Source: Thermoplasmata archaeon
GTDB lineage: Archaea > Thermoplasmatota > Thermoplasmata > Lutacidiplasmatales > UBA184
Assembly (NCBI GenBank): GCA_022749935.1
Contig: JAKIWQ010000003.1
Coordinates: 25,138 to 89,137, forward strand
Length of the DNA: 64,000 bases
Reading direction: 5' to 3'
Numbering within the stretch: the first letter of the stretch is position 1; the number at the start of each line of letters is the position of its first letter. This document shows, in pieces, positions 25,517 to 35,174 of the stretch. The position numbers and the translations under genes were made by a program. Below the pieces are notes generated by a model. The model was given only the letters and a program-made list of their open reading frames with translations. It searched no databases and was not told where the DNA came from.

Positions 25517-27421
25517 CTAGAGCAGCCGGATCGCTTCCAGATTGAACGGGGCGCGGGAATCGATATTGAACCGCTTGTGCAGACTTCCGGCGAGGTCGAC
25601 CGCCTTCGATTCCTCCCCGTGATTGAGGATGATCCGCTGGGGGCGCGGGTCGAGGGACGCGACGAAGTTCATGAGTTGGACCCGGTCGGAGTGGCCCGAG
25701 AACCCCTCGATGGTCGCGATCGTGAGACGGACCGGGACCCCCACCTGGCGCGGCCCGTCCAGGAAGGTCGCTTCCGAGAGCCCGCGCTGGAGCCGCCGGC
25801 CGAACGTCCCTTCCGCCTGATAGCCCACGAACAGGAGCCCGTTCTTCTCCTCCGGCGCCCAGGCCCGGAAGTACTCCATCACCGGACCTCCGCTCATCAT
25901 CCCCGACGTCGCGAGGATGATGCACGGATCCTTCGAGTCGAGGATCCCCATCCGCATCTGTTGGGAGTCGACCCGGCGGAAGATGTCGGAGAGGAACGGG
26001 TTGTCGCCCTGCTGGAAGATCTGCGTTCGGAGCTGGCTGTTCAGGAATTCCGGGTACGCGGTGTGGATGGCCGTCGCTTCGAAGATCATCCCGTCGAGGT
26101 AGACGGGGACCTTCGGGATCTTCCCCTCGCGCATCCGCTCCTCCAGGACGAGCATGACCTCCTGGGAGCGGCCGACGGCGAACACGGGTACGATCAATTT
26201 TCCGCCCCGGCCGACCACCCGGGTCGCGAGCGCGCTGAAGTCGTCCGTCGCCTGCTGCCGGCTCGGCTGGATGTCCCGGTACCCGCCGTACGTCGATTCC
26301 AGCACGAGCGTCTCGAGCCGTGGGAAGCGGTTGGTCGCCGGATTGAACAACCAGCTTCGTTCGAACTTGATGTCGCCGGAGTAGGCGAGGTTGTGGTCCC
26401 CCTCGCCGAGGTGGAAATGACAGATGGACGACCCGAGGATGTGGCCCGCGTTGTGCATGGTGAGCCGGATGTCGGGGGCGATGTCGGTCGTCTCGCCCCA
26501 GCGGAGCGGGACGGTGCGCGTCACCAGGTCCCGGACATTGGACGAATCGTAGAGGCCCTTCCGGGCCTCCTGGTTCACGACCTTGATCGCGTCGAGCAGC
26601 ATGAGCGTCATCAGGTCGCGCGTCGGCGCCGTGCAGTAGATCGGCCCCTTGTACCCGTACTTCAGCAGTACCGGCACGAGCCCGCAATGGTCGAGGTGGG
26701 CATGGGTGACGACCACGGCATCGAGGGAATCGAGCGGGAGCAGCTCGGGTGCGTTGAAGTAGGGCGTTCGGTCCGAGCCGGGGTCGATCCCGCAGTCGAT
26801 CAGCACCTTCGAGTTCTGGGTCGTCAGGAGGTGCGCGCTCCGTCCGACCTCCCGGTACCCCCCGAGGGCGGTGTTCCGCGCCCAGAGTTTTTCGGGGAGC
26901 GGGTCCCGGGCGATCCGGATGCCGACCTTCTTCAGGAAGGCGCGCCGGTCGTCGAACGAGTTCCGGAGGTGGATCCGGACCTCCTCGACGGTCTTCGAGG
27001 GGATCGGAGGGGTTCGGACCACCGTCGGGATCCAACCGATCTGCCGCTTGAGGTCGTTGAGCACGGACCCGCCGCGACCGATGGCCGCGCCCGGGTTGGC
27101 CGCCTCGATCGTCACCTCCCCGGTCTCGGGCTCGAAGAACAACTGGTTGATCTCGGCCTCGGGCGGGATGAGCGCCCGGATCTGTTTTTCCGCCTCTTTG
27201 GGGTCGATGAGGGTGGACGGGTCGCTTCGGACCAACACGCGACGACGGAGCCGTTGGGCGACCTGCCGGAGCAGGTCTCCCCCCGAAAGGAAGGCGTCCA
27301 ACTGCTTCGTGTAGAGGACGATATGCGGGCCTTCCAGCTCGATGTCCGTGACCTCGATGGTGTCCGGCAGGACCTGTTTCAAGGTCTCCCGGGTCTCGTT
27401 GACTAACGACTCGAAACTCAT
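25517..27421 (-). CDS. aCPSF1/FttA: KH-domain beta-CASP MBL ribonuclease (archaeal transcription termination factor)
   Basis: 634-aa ORF with N-terminal KH motifs (GRGGSVLNDLKRQIGW), the MBL motif HAHLDHCG and a beta-CASP C-terminal region. The length is typical of aCPSF1. Confidence 0.9.
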   Translation of the reverse strand: MSFESLVNETRETLKQVLPDTIEVTDIELEGPHIVLYTKQLDAFLSGGDLLRQVAQRLRRRVLVRSDPSTLIDPKEAEKQIRALIPPEAEINQLFFEPETGEVTIEAANPGAAIGRGGSVLNDLKRQIGWIPTVVRTPPIPSKTVEEVRIHLRNSFDDRRAFLKKVGIRIARDPLPEKLWARNTALGGYREVGRSAHLLTTQNSKVLIDCGIDPGSDRTPYFNAPELLPLDSLDAVVVTHAHLDHCGLVPVLLKYGYKGPIYCTAPTRDLMTLMLLDAIKVVNQEARKGLYDSSNVRDLVTRTVPLRWGETTDIAPDIRLTMHNAGHILGSSICHFHLGEGDHNLAYSGDIKFERSWLFNPATNRFPRLETLVLESTYGGYRDIQPSRQQATDDFSALATRVVGRGGKLIVPVFAVGRSQEVMLVLEERMREGKIPKVPVYLDGMIFEATAIHTAYPEFLNSQLRTQIFQQGDNPFLSDIFRRVDSQQMRMGILDSKDPCIILATSGMMSGGPVMEYFRAWAPEEKNGLLFVGYQAEGTFGRRLQRGLSEATFLDGPRQVGVPVRLTIATIEGFSGHSDRVQLMNFVASLDPRPQRIILNHGEESKAVDLAGSLHKRFNIDSRAPFNLEAIRLL

Positions 27422-27473
27422 TCTTGGGGGAAGAGGTTGGCCGGAAAGGGTTGGCCGGGACCCGGTGGGACGG

Positions 27474-28148
27474 CTAGGGCAGGACCGGTGGCAACGGTAT
27501 CTTGAGGGCCTTCAGGCGCTTATTGATTTCGTCGTCGGTGAACTCGTGGTATTCCTTCGGAGTGATGACGTTCACGAGGTACCCGTCCCCGCTGGCGCTG
27601 TCCCGCTTCATCGCCGCGGTGAGGCCCCGGAGCGCGAGGTCGACCGCGTCGGTGGTGGAGATCTCCCGAGTGTACCCCTCTTCCATGAGTCCGTAGGTGA
27701 ACGTCGAACCCGAGCCGACCGAGACGAATCGGTCCTCGATGCATCCGCCCGCCGGGTCGACCGAGAAGACGTGGTTGCCCTTCGCGTCCACGCCGCCAAC
27801 GATCAGCCAGGCGTAGTACGGGTAGTACCGGTTGCCCGAGAGGATGTTGGAGAGGAGGGTCGCCGCACCCTCGGCCGAGAGGAGCGCGTTCCGGCGGAGC
27901 CGATAGAGCGCCACTTCCGCCTTCAAGTACCGGGTCAGGACCTGGGCGTCCCCGACGAGGCCCGCGATCGTGATGCCGATGTTCTGGTCGATCTTGAACA
28001 GCTTCTGGGTCTGCTTGTTCGAGATCATCGTGCCGGCGGTCGCTCGGCGCTCGGTCGCCAGGACGACCCCGTCCTTCGCCGAGATTCCGATCGTGGTCGT
28101 ACCCTTGAGGAGCCGCCCCTCGTCCATGGCGCTGATCTGCCCTTGCAT
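27474..28148 (-). CDS. psmB: Proteasome subunit beta
   Basis: 224-aa ORF with a propeptide followed by GTTTIGI (catalytic Thr) and a typical beta-subunit core. Confidence 0.9.
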   Translation of the reverse strand: MQGQISAMDEGRLLKGTTTIGISAKDGVVLATERRATAGTMISNKQTQKLFKIDQNIGITIAGLVGDAQVLTRYLKAEVALYRLRRNALLSAEGAATLLSNILSGNRYYPYYAWLIVGGVDAKGNHVFSVDPAGGCIEDRFVSVGSGSTFTYGLMEEGYTREISTTDAVDLALRGLTAAMKRDSASGDGYLVNVITPKEYHEFTDDEINKRLKALKIPLPPVLP

Positions 28149-28308
28149 CGTAGACCCCTGTAGACGACAGAGAACGAACCGCCGACCCGGGCGCGCTATA
28201 TAACGGCGCGCGCGGCGATTACGCGCGCGACACCGAGGAACCTCAAGCGACCTCGTAGACCGAGAACTCCGGCTCCGGTCGCGGCCCTCCGGTCGACCCC
28301 GCCGTCCC

Positions 28309-28316
28309 CATTAAAA
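28309..28316 (+). promoter_or_regulatory. TATA-like box (CATTAAAA) upstream of sdhA
   Basis: Only AT-rich octamer near the start; it lies 25-32 nt upstream of the ATG at 28341. Confidence 0.4.
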
Positions 28317-28340
28317 CCCGGCTCGCATCGGGAGGCCCGG

Positions 28341-30014
28341 ATGCAGAAGCACGAAGTCGTCGTGGTCGGCGCGGGTCTGGCCGGCCAGCGTGCGGCGCTC
28401 GCGGCGATCCAGGCCGGCCGCGACGTCGCCCTCGTGTCCAAGCTCCACCCTCTCCGCTCCCATTCGGGAGCGGCGCAGGGCGGGATCAACGCCGCCGTCG
28501 GCGCCGAGGATTCGGTCGACACCCACATCTACGACACGGTGAAGGGGTCGGACTACCTCGGCGACCAGGACGCGATCGAGTTCTTCTGCCGGGCGGCCGG
28601 CCCCACCGTCGTCGAGATGGAGCACTTTGGCACCATCTTCAACCGCGGGGCGGACGGCTCGCTCGCGCGACGGCCGTTCGGGGGTGCGGGATTCCCACGG
28701 ACCATCTATGCGGCCGACCGCACCGGACTCGCGCTCCTTCAGGCCCTCTGGGAACGACTGGGCACCGAACAATTCACCACCTACGAAGAGTGGGACGTCA
28801 CGAACCTCATCGTCCGGGAGGGGGCGGTCCAGGGGCTCGTGGCCTTCGACCGGCGGAGCGGAGAGTTCGCCGAGATCGGGGCGAAGGCCGTCGTCCTCGC
28901 CACCGGTCCGTTCGGCCGGGTCTACGGGCGCACGACCAACGCCCACAGCTGCACCGGCGACGGCGTGGCCGCGGCGTACTCGGTCGGGGCCTCGCTGAAG
29001 GACATGGAGTTTGTCCAGTTCCATCCGACGGCGCTGATGGAATCCGGGATCCTCATCACCGAGGGAGCCCGGGGAGAGGGAGGCATCCTGAAGAACGGGG
29101 TCGGAGAGCGGTTCATGACGAAGTATGCCCCCCATGTCCTCGACCTCGCATCGCGGGACGTCGTGTCCCGTGCCATCGTGACCGAAGTCCTGGAGGGGCG
29201 CGGATTTCCTGGGGACTATGTCCACCTGGAGCTCATGCACCTCGGTCGCGAGCGGATCGAGTCCCGGCTCCAGGAGATCTGCGACTTCGCCCGAAATTTC
29301 GCCGGGATCGACCCCGTCACCCAGCCCATCCCGGTCTACCCCGCCCAGCACTACATGATGGGCGGGATCGGCACCGACATCCACGGCGCGACCAACCTCC
29401 GCGGGCTGTTCGCGGCCGGCGAGGCGGCCTGCGTCTCGATCCACGGCGCGAACCGACTCGGCGGGAACTCGTTGCTGGAGACGTTGGTGTTCGGAAAGGA
29501 GGCGGGCATCGCAGCGGCCGCGTTTGCTTCCACCGCGCCGGCGCCTGCCCTTCAGGAGAGCGACCTCGACCGGTCGGTGACCCCGCTGCGGGCCTGGTCG
29601 AGCCGGAGCGACGGGGAGGATCCCACCGCCCTTCGGACGGAGATGCAGCGCGTGATGGACCGGTACGTGGGGATCTATCGGACGGAGGGGGACCTCCTCG
29701 AGGGGGTCCGTCGGATCCGCGAGCTCCGGAAGCGGTTTGAGCGGGTTCGAGTCGTCGACCAGTCCCCCGTCTACAATCTCAACCTCACGGACGCCCTCGA
29801 GGTCGGGCACATGCTCGAGCTCGCCGAGGTCATCGTGGTGGGAGCCTATGCCCGGACGGAGAGCCGGGGGGCGCACGCCCGACGGGACTACCCGACGCGG
29901 GACGACGTCCACTGGATGAAACACACGGTCGCCACGCGCACCCCGGAGGGTCCGCAACTCTCCTACGCTCCCGTCGCCTACACGCGGTGGGAACCGAAGG
30001 AGCGGGTCTACTGA
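28341..30014 (+). CDS. sdhA: Succinate dehydrogenase/fumarate reductase flavoprotein subunit
   Basis: 557-aa ORF with the N-terminal FAD fold [14 protein letters not shown], the covalent-FAD His context ([10 protein letters not shown]) and HPT...GGI motifs. Confidence 0.95.
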   Translation: MQKHEVVVVGAGLAGQRAALAAIQAGRDVALVSKLHPLRSHSGAAQGGINAAVGAEDSVDTHIYDTVKGSDYLGDQDAIEFFCRAAGPTVVEMEHFGTIFNRGADGSLARRPFGGAGFPRTIYAADRTGLALLQALWERLGTEQFTTYEEWDVTNLIVREGAVQGLVAFDRRSGEFAEIGAKAVVLATGPFGRVYGRTTNAHSCTGDGVAAAYSVGASLKDMEFVQFHPTALMESGILITEGARGEGGILKNGVGERFMTKYAPHVLDLASRDVVSRAIVTEVLEGRGFPGDYVHLELMHLGRERIESRLQEICDFARNFAGIDPVTQPIPVYPAQHYMMGGIGTDIHGATNLRGLFAAGEAACVSIHGANRLGGNSLLETLVFGKEAGIAAAAFASTAPAPALQESDLDRSVTPLRAWSSRSDGEDPTALRTEMQRVMDRYVGIYRTEGDLLEGVRRIRELRKRFERVRVVDQSPVYNLNLTDALEVGHMLELAEVIVVGAYARTESRGAHARRDYPTRDDVHWMKHTVATRTPEGPQLSYAPVAYTRWEPKERVY

Positions 30015-30994
30015 TGTCGGAAGCGACGGTGAAGGCGACGTTCGACGTCTACCGATTCGACCCCGTGCGAGATGCGGGGCCCCGGTACGACCGGTACGTC
30101 CTCGACCTCCCTCCCCACACCCCGGTCCTGACTGCCCTGCTTCAGGTGCGGGCCGACCTCGACCCCTCGCTCACGCTCCGCTACTCCTGCCGGAGCGCGA
30201 TCTGCGGCTCGTGCGCGATGCAGATCAATTCGAAGAGCCGGCTCGCCTGTGAGGCCCCCATCGGACCCGAGCTCGCTCGCGACGGGCGGATCGTGGTCGA
30301 ACCGATGCGCAACCAACCGGTCCTCCGGGACCTCGTGGTCGACCAGGAACCGTTCTGGCGGGAGTACCGGAGGATCGAACCGCACCTGATCCTCGACCCG
30401 CGCCACCCGATGCCGGAGGGTACGGCGAACCCGATGACCCCGGCGGAGGTCGACCGGTTCAAGGAAACCCCGCGCTGTATCGCCTGCGCGGCGTGCTACT
30501 CGGCCTGTCCGGCTGTGGAGGCCGACCCCGCGTTCCCCGGCCCCATGGCCCTCGCCAAACTCTACCGGTTCGTCGTGGACCCGCGCGACCAGGGCCAGCA
30601 GGACCGACTCGTCAAGATCCAGACCGACGGACTTTGGCTGTGCCTCCGCTGCCATCTGTGTACGGAGGCGTGTCCGAAGGACGTCCGGCCCAGCGAGCGG
30701 ATCCGGGACCTCAAGGAGCTCGCCATCGCCGCGCAGGGCGCGACGGAACCCGGCAGCCGCCATGCGCTCGCGTTCAAGGAGAACATCCGGGAGCGGGGTC
30801 AGCTCAACGAGATGAAGCTCGCCCGCCAGACGGCCGGTCTGCCGGGGTTAGTGACCCAGGTTCCCCAGGGGATCCGGATCTGGCGAAAGAAGCCCGAACT
30901 CCTCCACGCTCCCCATCCGATCGAGGGGGCGGACCAGGTCGAGAAGATCTACGAGGCGCTGGACGACGGGAAGACGAAGGAGGATGCTCCGTGA
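30014..30994 (+). CDS. sdhB: Succinate dehydrogenase iron-sulfur subunit
   Basis: ATG 30014 overlaps the sdhA stop (TGATG). The three Cys clusters are [23 protein letters not shown] and [12 protein letters not shown]. Confidence 0.9.
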   Translation: MSEATVKATFDVYRFDPVRDAGPRYDRYVLDLPPHTPVLTALLQVRADLDPSLTLRYSCRSAICGSCAMQINSKSRLACEAPIGPELARDGRIVVEPMRNQPVLRDLVVDQEPFWREYRRIEPHLILDPRHPMPEGTANPMTPAEVDRFKETPRCIACAACYSACPAVEADPAFPGPMALAKLYRFVVDPRDQGQQDRLVKIQTDGLWLCLRCHLCTEACPKDVRPSERIRDLKELAIAAQGATEPGSRHALAFKENIRERGQLNEMKLARQTAGLPGLVTQVPQGIRIWRKKPELLHAPHPIEGADQVEKIYEALDDGKTKEDAP

Positions 30995-31869
30995 GGCTCG
31001 CGTACTATCCCGGCTGCGTCGCCCAAGAATCGGGCAAGGAGCTCGACATGGCGACCCGGTGGGTCGCGCGGGCCCTCGGGATCGAGCTGGTCAGCTTCCC
31101 GAGCTTTTCCTGCTGCGGCTCGGGGTTCCTGGACGAGGCGAACGAGGTCCTCAACGTCGCCCTCAACGCGCGCAACCTGGCGATCGCGGAAAAGGCGGGC
31201 CTCGACCTCCTCACGATCTGTTCGACGTGCCAGGGGATGTTGACGTTGGCCAACGTTCGCCTCGGCGACCCGAAGGTGAAGTCCCGGGTCGACGGCGCGC
31301 TCCGTCCGCTCGGCATCGAGTATCGGGGGACCACGAAGGTGAAACACCTTTTGCAGGTCCTCACGCAGGACATCGGCCTGGACGCCATCCGGGCGAAGGT
31401 GAAGCGCCCGCTCCAGGGCTTGAAGGTCGGAGCGTTCTATGGGTGCCACCTCCTGCGGCCGGCCGACGAGCTCCGTTGGGAGAGTGCGGAGGAGCCCCAC
31501 TCCTTCGAGGACCTCCTGGCGGCGCTCGGCGCGACGCCCGTCTACTATCGGGGGCGGGTGATGTGCTGCGGGTTCCCGATCCAATTCGTGAAGCCGGCGA
31601 CGGCGAGCAAGATCGCCGGCGCACAGATCGTGGACGCGAAGGCGCACGGCGCCGAAGCGATGGCGACGCCCTGTCCGCTCTGTCACATCTCGCTGGACGC
31701 GTACCAGAACCAGGCCGAGAAAGCCGTGGGCCACTCCCTCGACATGCCGGTCCTCCACCTCCCGCAGGTCGTCGGGCTGGCCCTCGGGGCCACTCCGGAG
31801 GAGTTGGGGCTGCCGCGCCACTTGGTATCGACCGCCCCGGTGCTGGCGAAGATCGGGGCGCGCGCCTAG
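30991..31869 (+). CDS. CCG-domain (HdrB-like) subunit of succinate dehydrogenase, as in type E SdhC/SdhE
   Basis: GTG 30991 overlaps the sdhB stop (GTGA). Two CCG motifs are present (SFSCCGSG and VMCCGFP), plus YPGC and PCPLCH. Confidence 0.75.
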   Translation: MRLAYYPGCVAQESGKELDMATRWVARALGIELVSFPSFSCCGSGFLDEANEVLNVALNARNLAIAEKAGLDLLTICSTCQGMLTLANVRLGDPKVKSRVDGALRPLGIEYRGTTKVKHLLQVLTQDIGLDAIRAKVKRPLQGLKVGAFYGCHLLRPADELRWESAEEPHSFEDLLAALGATPVYYRGRVMCCGFPIQFVKPATASKIAGAQIVDAKAHGAEAMATPCPLCHISLDAYQNQAEKAVGHSLDMPVLHLPQVVGLALGATPEELGLPRHLVSTAPVLAKIGARA

Positions 31870-31912
31870 GTCCGACGTTCGCGGGACGTAACCCCCGGTC
31901 CGCGCGACGTTC

Positions 31913-31920
31913 CTTTATTT
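31913..31920 (+). promoter_or_regulatory. TATA-like box (CTTTATTT) upstream of thyX
   Basis: Lies 22-29 nt upstream of GTG 31942, consistent with a leaderless transcript. Confidence 0.4.
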
Positions 31921-31941
31921 CCCGGTTCGGGTCCGGGGGTC

Positions 31942-32850
31942 GTGAGTTCCGCCGAACCCCCGATGCGCCGCCCGACGGTCCCCGAGGCCGACCAGATGGT
32001 CGGCGTGAAGGTCCCCGTCCTGTCGCACGGGTTCGTCGTGCTGGTCGACTACATGGGGAACGACGCGGCCATCGTCCAGGCCGCCCGGGTCTCGTACGGC
32101 CAGGGGACGAAGACCGTCCGCGACGATCGCGGACTCATTCGCTATCTCATGCGGCACCGCCACACCACGCCGTTCGAGATGGTGGAGTACAAGTTCCTCG
32201 TCCGGCTCCCCATCTACGTCGCGCGCCAGTGGATCCGCCATCGCTCCGCCTCGGTCAACGAGTACAGCGCCCGCTATTCGGTGATCCCGGACGAGTTCGA
32301 GGTCCCGCCGGTCGAGGAGGTTCGCCATCAATCCGAGCGGAACCGCCAGGGTCGGGGCGAGGCCCTGCCCCCCGACGTCGTCCACCGCTTCCGGACCGAC
32401 CTGGAACGGATCGCGAAGGACGCCTACGCCACGTACACGACCGCCCTCGAGGCCGGAGTCGCGCGGGAGACCGCCCGACTGGTCCTCCCGGTCGCCTACT
32501 ACACCCAGTGGTACTGGAAGACGAACCTGCACAACCTGTTCCACTTCCTGTCCCTCCGCCTCGACCCCCACGCCCAGGAGGAGATCCGGCTCTTCGCGAC
32601 GGCGGTCGACCAGCTCGCCCGTCTCGTCACCCCCGTCGCCTTCGAGGCCTTTGACGAGTTCCAGCGCGAGGGGATCTCCCTGGGCCGGCAGGAACGGAAG
32701 GCGTTTCGGCTGCTGCTCGAGGGAAAGACCCCGGAAGCCGCCTGCGAGGCCGCCGGACTGCCTCTCGTCCGTGAGGATGGGAAGCGGATGAAGACCGGCG
32801 AGGGCGTGGAGTTCCTCGAGAAGCTCGAGCGGCTCCGATCCGACGCATAG
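31942..32850 (+). CDS. thyX: FAD-dependent thymidylate synthase ThyX
   Basis: 302-aa ORF containing RHRHTTPFE and the ThyX signature RHRSASVNEYSARYS. Confidence 0.9.
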   Translation: MSSAEPPMRRPTVPEADQMVGVKVPVLSHGFVVLVDYMGNDAAIVQAARVSYGQGTKTVRDDRGLIRYLMRHRHTTPFEMVEYKFLVRLPIYVARQWIRHRSASVNEYSARYSVIPDEFEVPPVEEVRHQSERNRQGRGEALPPDVVHRFRTDLERIAKDAYATYTTALEAGVARETARLVLPVAYYTQWYWKTNLHNLFHFLSLRLDPHAQEEIRLFATAVDQLARLVTPVAFEAFDEFQREGISLGRQERKAFRLLLEGKTPEAACEAAGLPLVREDGKRMKTGEGVEFLEKLERLRSDA

Positions 32851-32941
32851 CGGCCCATCGGCTCGCCGCACTCGGAGGCTTCGCCGCGAACACGGCCGAT
32901 CCGTGGGCCGGGTCCGGGTGCGGTTCCTCCGCGAGGCTGGG

Positions 32942-34141
32942 TCAGAATCGGGGGTCGTCGCCCCCCTCCAACGTGAACCCGGGTCTGGGGGCGACGGCCG
33001 GAGTGCCGGCGGGGAAGCGTTCGGGGAGCACCGGGCGGAGCGCGTCCCGCTCGGCGGTGGCTCCCTCGCCGACCGCGAGGTACTCGGCCAGCCGTTGGGC
33101 GACACCGCCGGCCCGCATGACGCCAAACCCGTTGAACCCCGTGAGGGCGAACAGTCCCCGGGCCCCCGGAATGGGCCCCACGAAGGGGCGGCGGTCGGGG
33201 GTCGAAGTGCATACCCCGGCCCACGCTCGGACGAGCTCGGCCTCCGCCCACCCCGGAAAGCGGGTCCCGAAGCTTTCGGCGAGATGGGTCAGGAACTTCT
33301 CATCCCCTCCCCCCGAACTCCGGTCCGGATCGACCTCGATGAGTTCGGTCCCGTCGCCGGCCAGGATCCTCCCCTGGTCCTCCGGCCGAACGTAGACATC
33401 GAGGTCGACGTCATGGACCGAGGGGAACGGAGCCGGCCCGCCGGGCGGGGGTCGCAGGACCGCGGCCTGCGTTCGGTACGGGGCGAGAGGGAGGGGGTGG
33501 CCCAGCGAGGCGAAGATCCGCTTCGACCACGCTCCGGCCGCGACCACCAGTCGAGCGGCTCGCACCGTCCGCCGGCCGACGGTCATCTCCCAGGTCTCCG
33601 CATCGTGCGATAGGGAACCGAAGGGGGTACCGAACTCGACGTCCACGCCCCGGGACCGGGCCCCCTCCGCGTAGATCTCGGTCATCGCGCTCGGCGTGAC
33701 GACCGCGTCGCCCGGACTGAAGATCGCCCCCTCGAGGTCGTCGAATCGGGCCCACGGGACGGCGCGGGAGAGCTCGCTCGCCCCGGCCGGCCGCACGTCG
33801 ACGTTCCACTGCCGAAGGCGCGGGATGGCGTCCTCGAGCACCCGGGCCGCCTCCCGGTGGGCCGTGAACCGGACGAAGCCGTTGACCGTGTACGCGGAGG
33901 GATTCCACCGGGCGGCGAGCTCCGCATACTCGTTCTTCGAGGCCCGGGCCACGTCCACGTCCCAGGAGTTCCAGAGTTGTTCCGTCACGACCCCGGCCGC
34001 CCGGCCGGTCGCTCCTGCGGCGGGCGTCCGGGGGTCGTAGAGGAGCACCGGGCCCACCCCGCGACCCGCCAAGTGGTAGGAGAGCGCACAGCCGGCGATC
34101 CCGGCACCGAGCACGATCGTGTCGACCCGCTCGGCGGCCAC
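32942..34141 (-). CDS. FAD-dependent oxidoreductase (DAO family, glycine/D-amino-acid/sarcosine oxidase-like)
   Basis: Start is taken at GTG 34141, giving VAAERVDTIVLGAGIAGCA (GxGxxG). The track start at 34288 would overlap xerA by over 100 nt. Confidence 0.75.
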   Translation of the reverse strand: MAAERVDTIVLGAGIAGCALSYHLAGRGVGPVLLYDPRTPAAGATGRAAGVVTEQLWNSWDVDVARASKNEYAELAARWNPSAYTVNGFVRFTAHREAARVLEDAIPRLRQWNVDVRPAGASELSRAVPWARFDDLEGAIFSPGDAVVTPSAMTEIYAEGARSRGVDVEFGTPFGSLSHDAETWEMTVGRRTVRAARLVVAAGAWSKRIFASLGHPLPLAPYRTQAAVLRPPPGGPAPFPSVHDVDLDVYVRPEDQGRILAGDGTELIEVDPDRSSGGGDEKFLTHLAESFGTRFPGWAEAELVRAWAGVCTSTPDRRPFVGPIPGARGLFALTGFNGFGVMRAGGVAQRLAEYLAVGEGATAERDALRPVLPERFPAGTPAVAPRPGFTLEGGDDPRF

Positions 34142-34164
34142 GGGCGCGGCAGCCCTTGGGGTGG

Positions 34165-35076
34165 TTAATACTGCGGCTTGGCCCGGGCGTACGCTTCCTT
34201 GAGCGCCGTGATGTCGACGTGGGTGTAGATCTGGGTCGTCGCGACCGACGCATGGCCGAGCAGCTTCTGGATGTACCGGATGTCGCACCCCCGCGACAGG
34301 AGGGCGGTGGCGAGGGTGTGGCGAAGCACGTGGGGAGTGACTCGGTGCTGGATCCCGGCGGCCTGGGCCGCTTTCCGCACGATCCGTTCCACGGTGACGG
34401 GGCCGACCGGGAAGAGACGGGTGCTCCCCTCTCCTACGAGGGTGCGCTCGGTCAAGTACCGGTCGATGGCGGCGCGGGAGCGGTCCTCGAGCACGACCTC
34501 CCGGTCCTTGTCCCCCTTACCGGAGCGAACGTGGAGCACGTTGCGCTCGAACTCGATGTCCTCGAGCTCGAGGTGGCACAGTTCCCCGACGCGCAGCCCC
34601 GCGAACCCGAGGACGTGCACCATCGCGCTGTCCCGCGGGGAGTCTTTCACCGCTTCGAAGAGGCGGTGCATCTCGTCCTCCGTCAGGTACCGCGGGAGCC
34701 GCTCGGGCCGGCGCGGTGGCTCGAGCTGGTCCGCGATCGAATACCCAAAGCTTCGGAACAGACAGGTAAGACCCCGGACCGTCGTGTACACGGAGTTCTT
34801 CGAGTAATGCCGCTGCAGCACGAGGTACTCCCGGAACGATTCGAGGTCGTGCAGGGTCACGTCCTCGAGGGGCTTCTGGGTGTAGCCGAGGAACGTCTTG
34901 GCGATGTGTCCGTACTGCTTGACGGTGCAGGGACTCCTCTCCTTCGATTGGAGCATCCGCTGGAATCGCCCTACGAGCTCGTCCACGCGGAAGGTGGGCC
35001 CCTCCGCCGGCTCCGGCCCATCGTTCCTCCCCCGCCGCACGGGCGAGGGTCCGCGCGCGAGCGGAGTCGAAGCCAT
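34165..35076 (-). CDS. xerA: Tyrosine recombinase XerA (archaeal XerC/D homologue)
   Basis: 303-aa ORF with the catalytic region RHTLATALL..G.DIRYIQKLLGHASVATTQIYTHV and the upstream R...HxxR context. Confidence 0.85.
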   Translation of the reverse strand: MASTPLARGPSPVRRGRNDGPEPAEGPTFRVDELVGRFQRMLQSKERSPCTVKQYGHIAKTFLGYTQKPLEDVTLHDLESFREYLVLQRHYSKNSVYTTVRGLTCLFRSFGYSIADQLEPPRRPERLPRYLTEDEMHRLFEAVKDSPRDSAMVHVLGFAGLRVGELCHLELEDIEFERNVLHVRSGKGDKDREVVLEDRSRAAIDRYLTERTLVGEGSTRLFPVGPVTVERIVRKAAQAAGIQHRVTPHVLRHTLATALLSRGCDIRYIQKLLGHASVATTQIYTHVDITALKEAYARAKPQY

Positions 35077-35100
35077 CGACGCTCGCTGGCCGGGATTCGC

Positions 35101-35108
35101 CTAATAAT
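35101..35108 (-). promoter_or_regulatory. TATA-like box (ATTATTAG on minus strand) upstream of xerA
   Basis: Lies 25-32 nt upstream of the xerA ATG (35076). Confidence 0.4.
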
Positions 35109-35145
35109 CGTATGGACGCACAGGAACGGGCCCGCTTCCCGCGGG

Positions 35146-35153
35146 CTAAATAT
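35146..35153 (+). promoter_or_regulatory. TATA-like box (CTAAATAT) upstream of the tRNA thiolase gene
   Basis: Lies 22-29 nt upstream of GTG 35175. It falls inside the N-terminal extension proposed by the track ORF (ATG 35112). Confidence 0.4.
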
Positions 35154-35174
35154 CAGCGCGAGGTTCCGGCCCTC

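Noticed and set aside
28207-28229. (CG)4 ... (CG)4 inverted repeat next to the CTATATAA box in the psmB/sdhA divergent spacer. It could be a hairpin, a Z-DNA-prone element or an operator.
   Set aside because: Alternating CG is self-complementary by construction and common in GC-rich spacers. There is no second copy or other supporting context in the window. I noted it only as a possible regulatory element and did not call it as a feature.
34165-35076. The tyrosine recombinase as an integrase marking a mobile element or provirus
   Set aside because: Its size and motifs fit the chromosomal XerA. The flanking genes are housekeeping (FAD oxidoreductase, tRNA thiolase). I saw no direct repeats, tRNA target, or viral or plasmid genes nearby.
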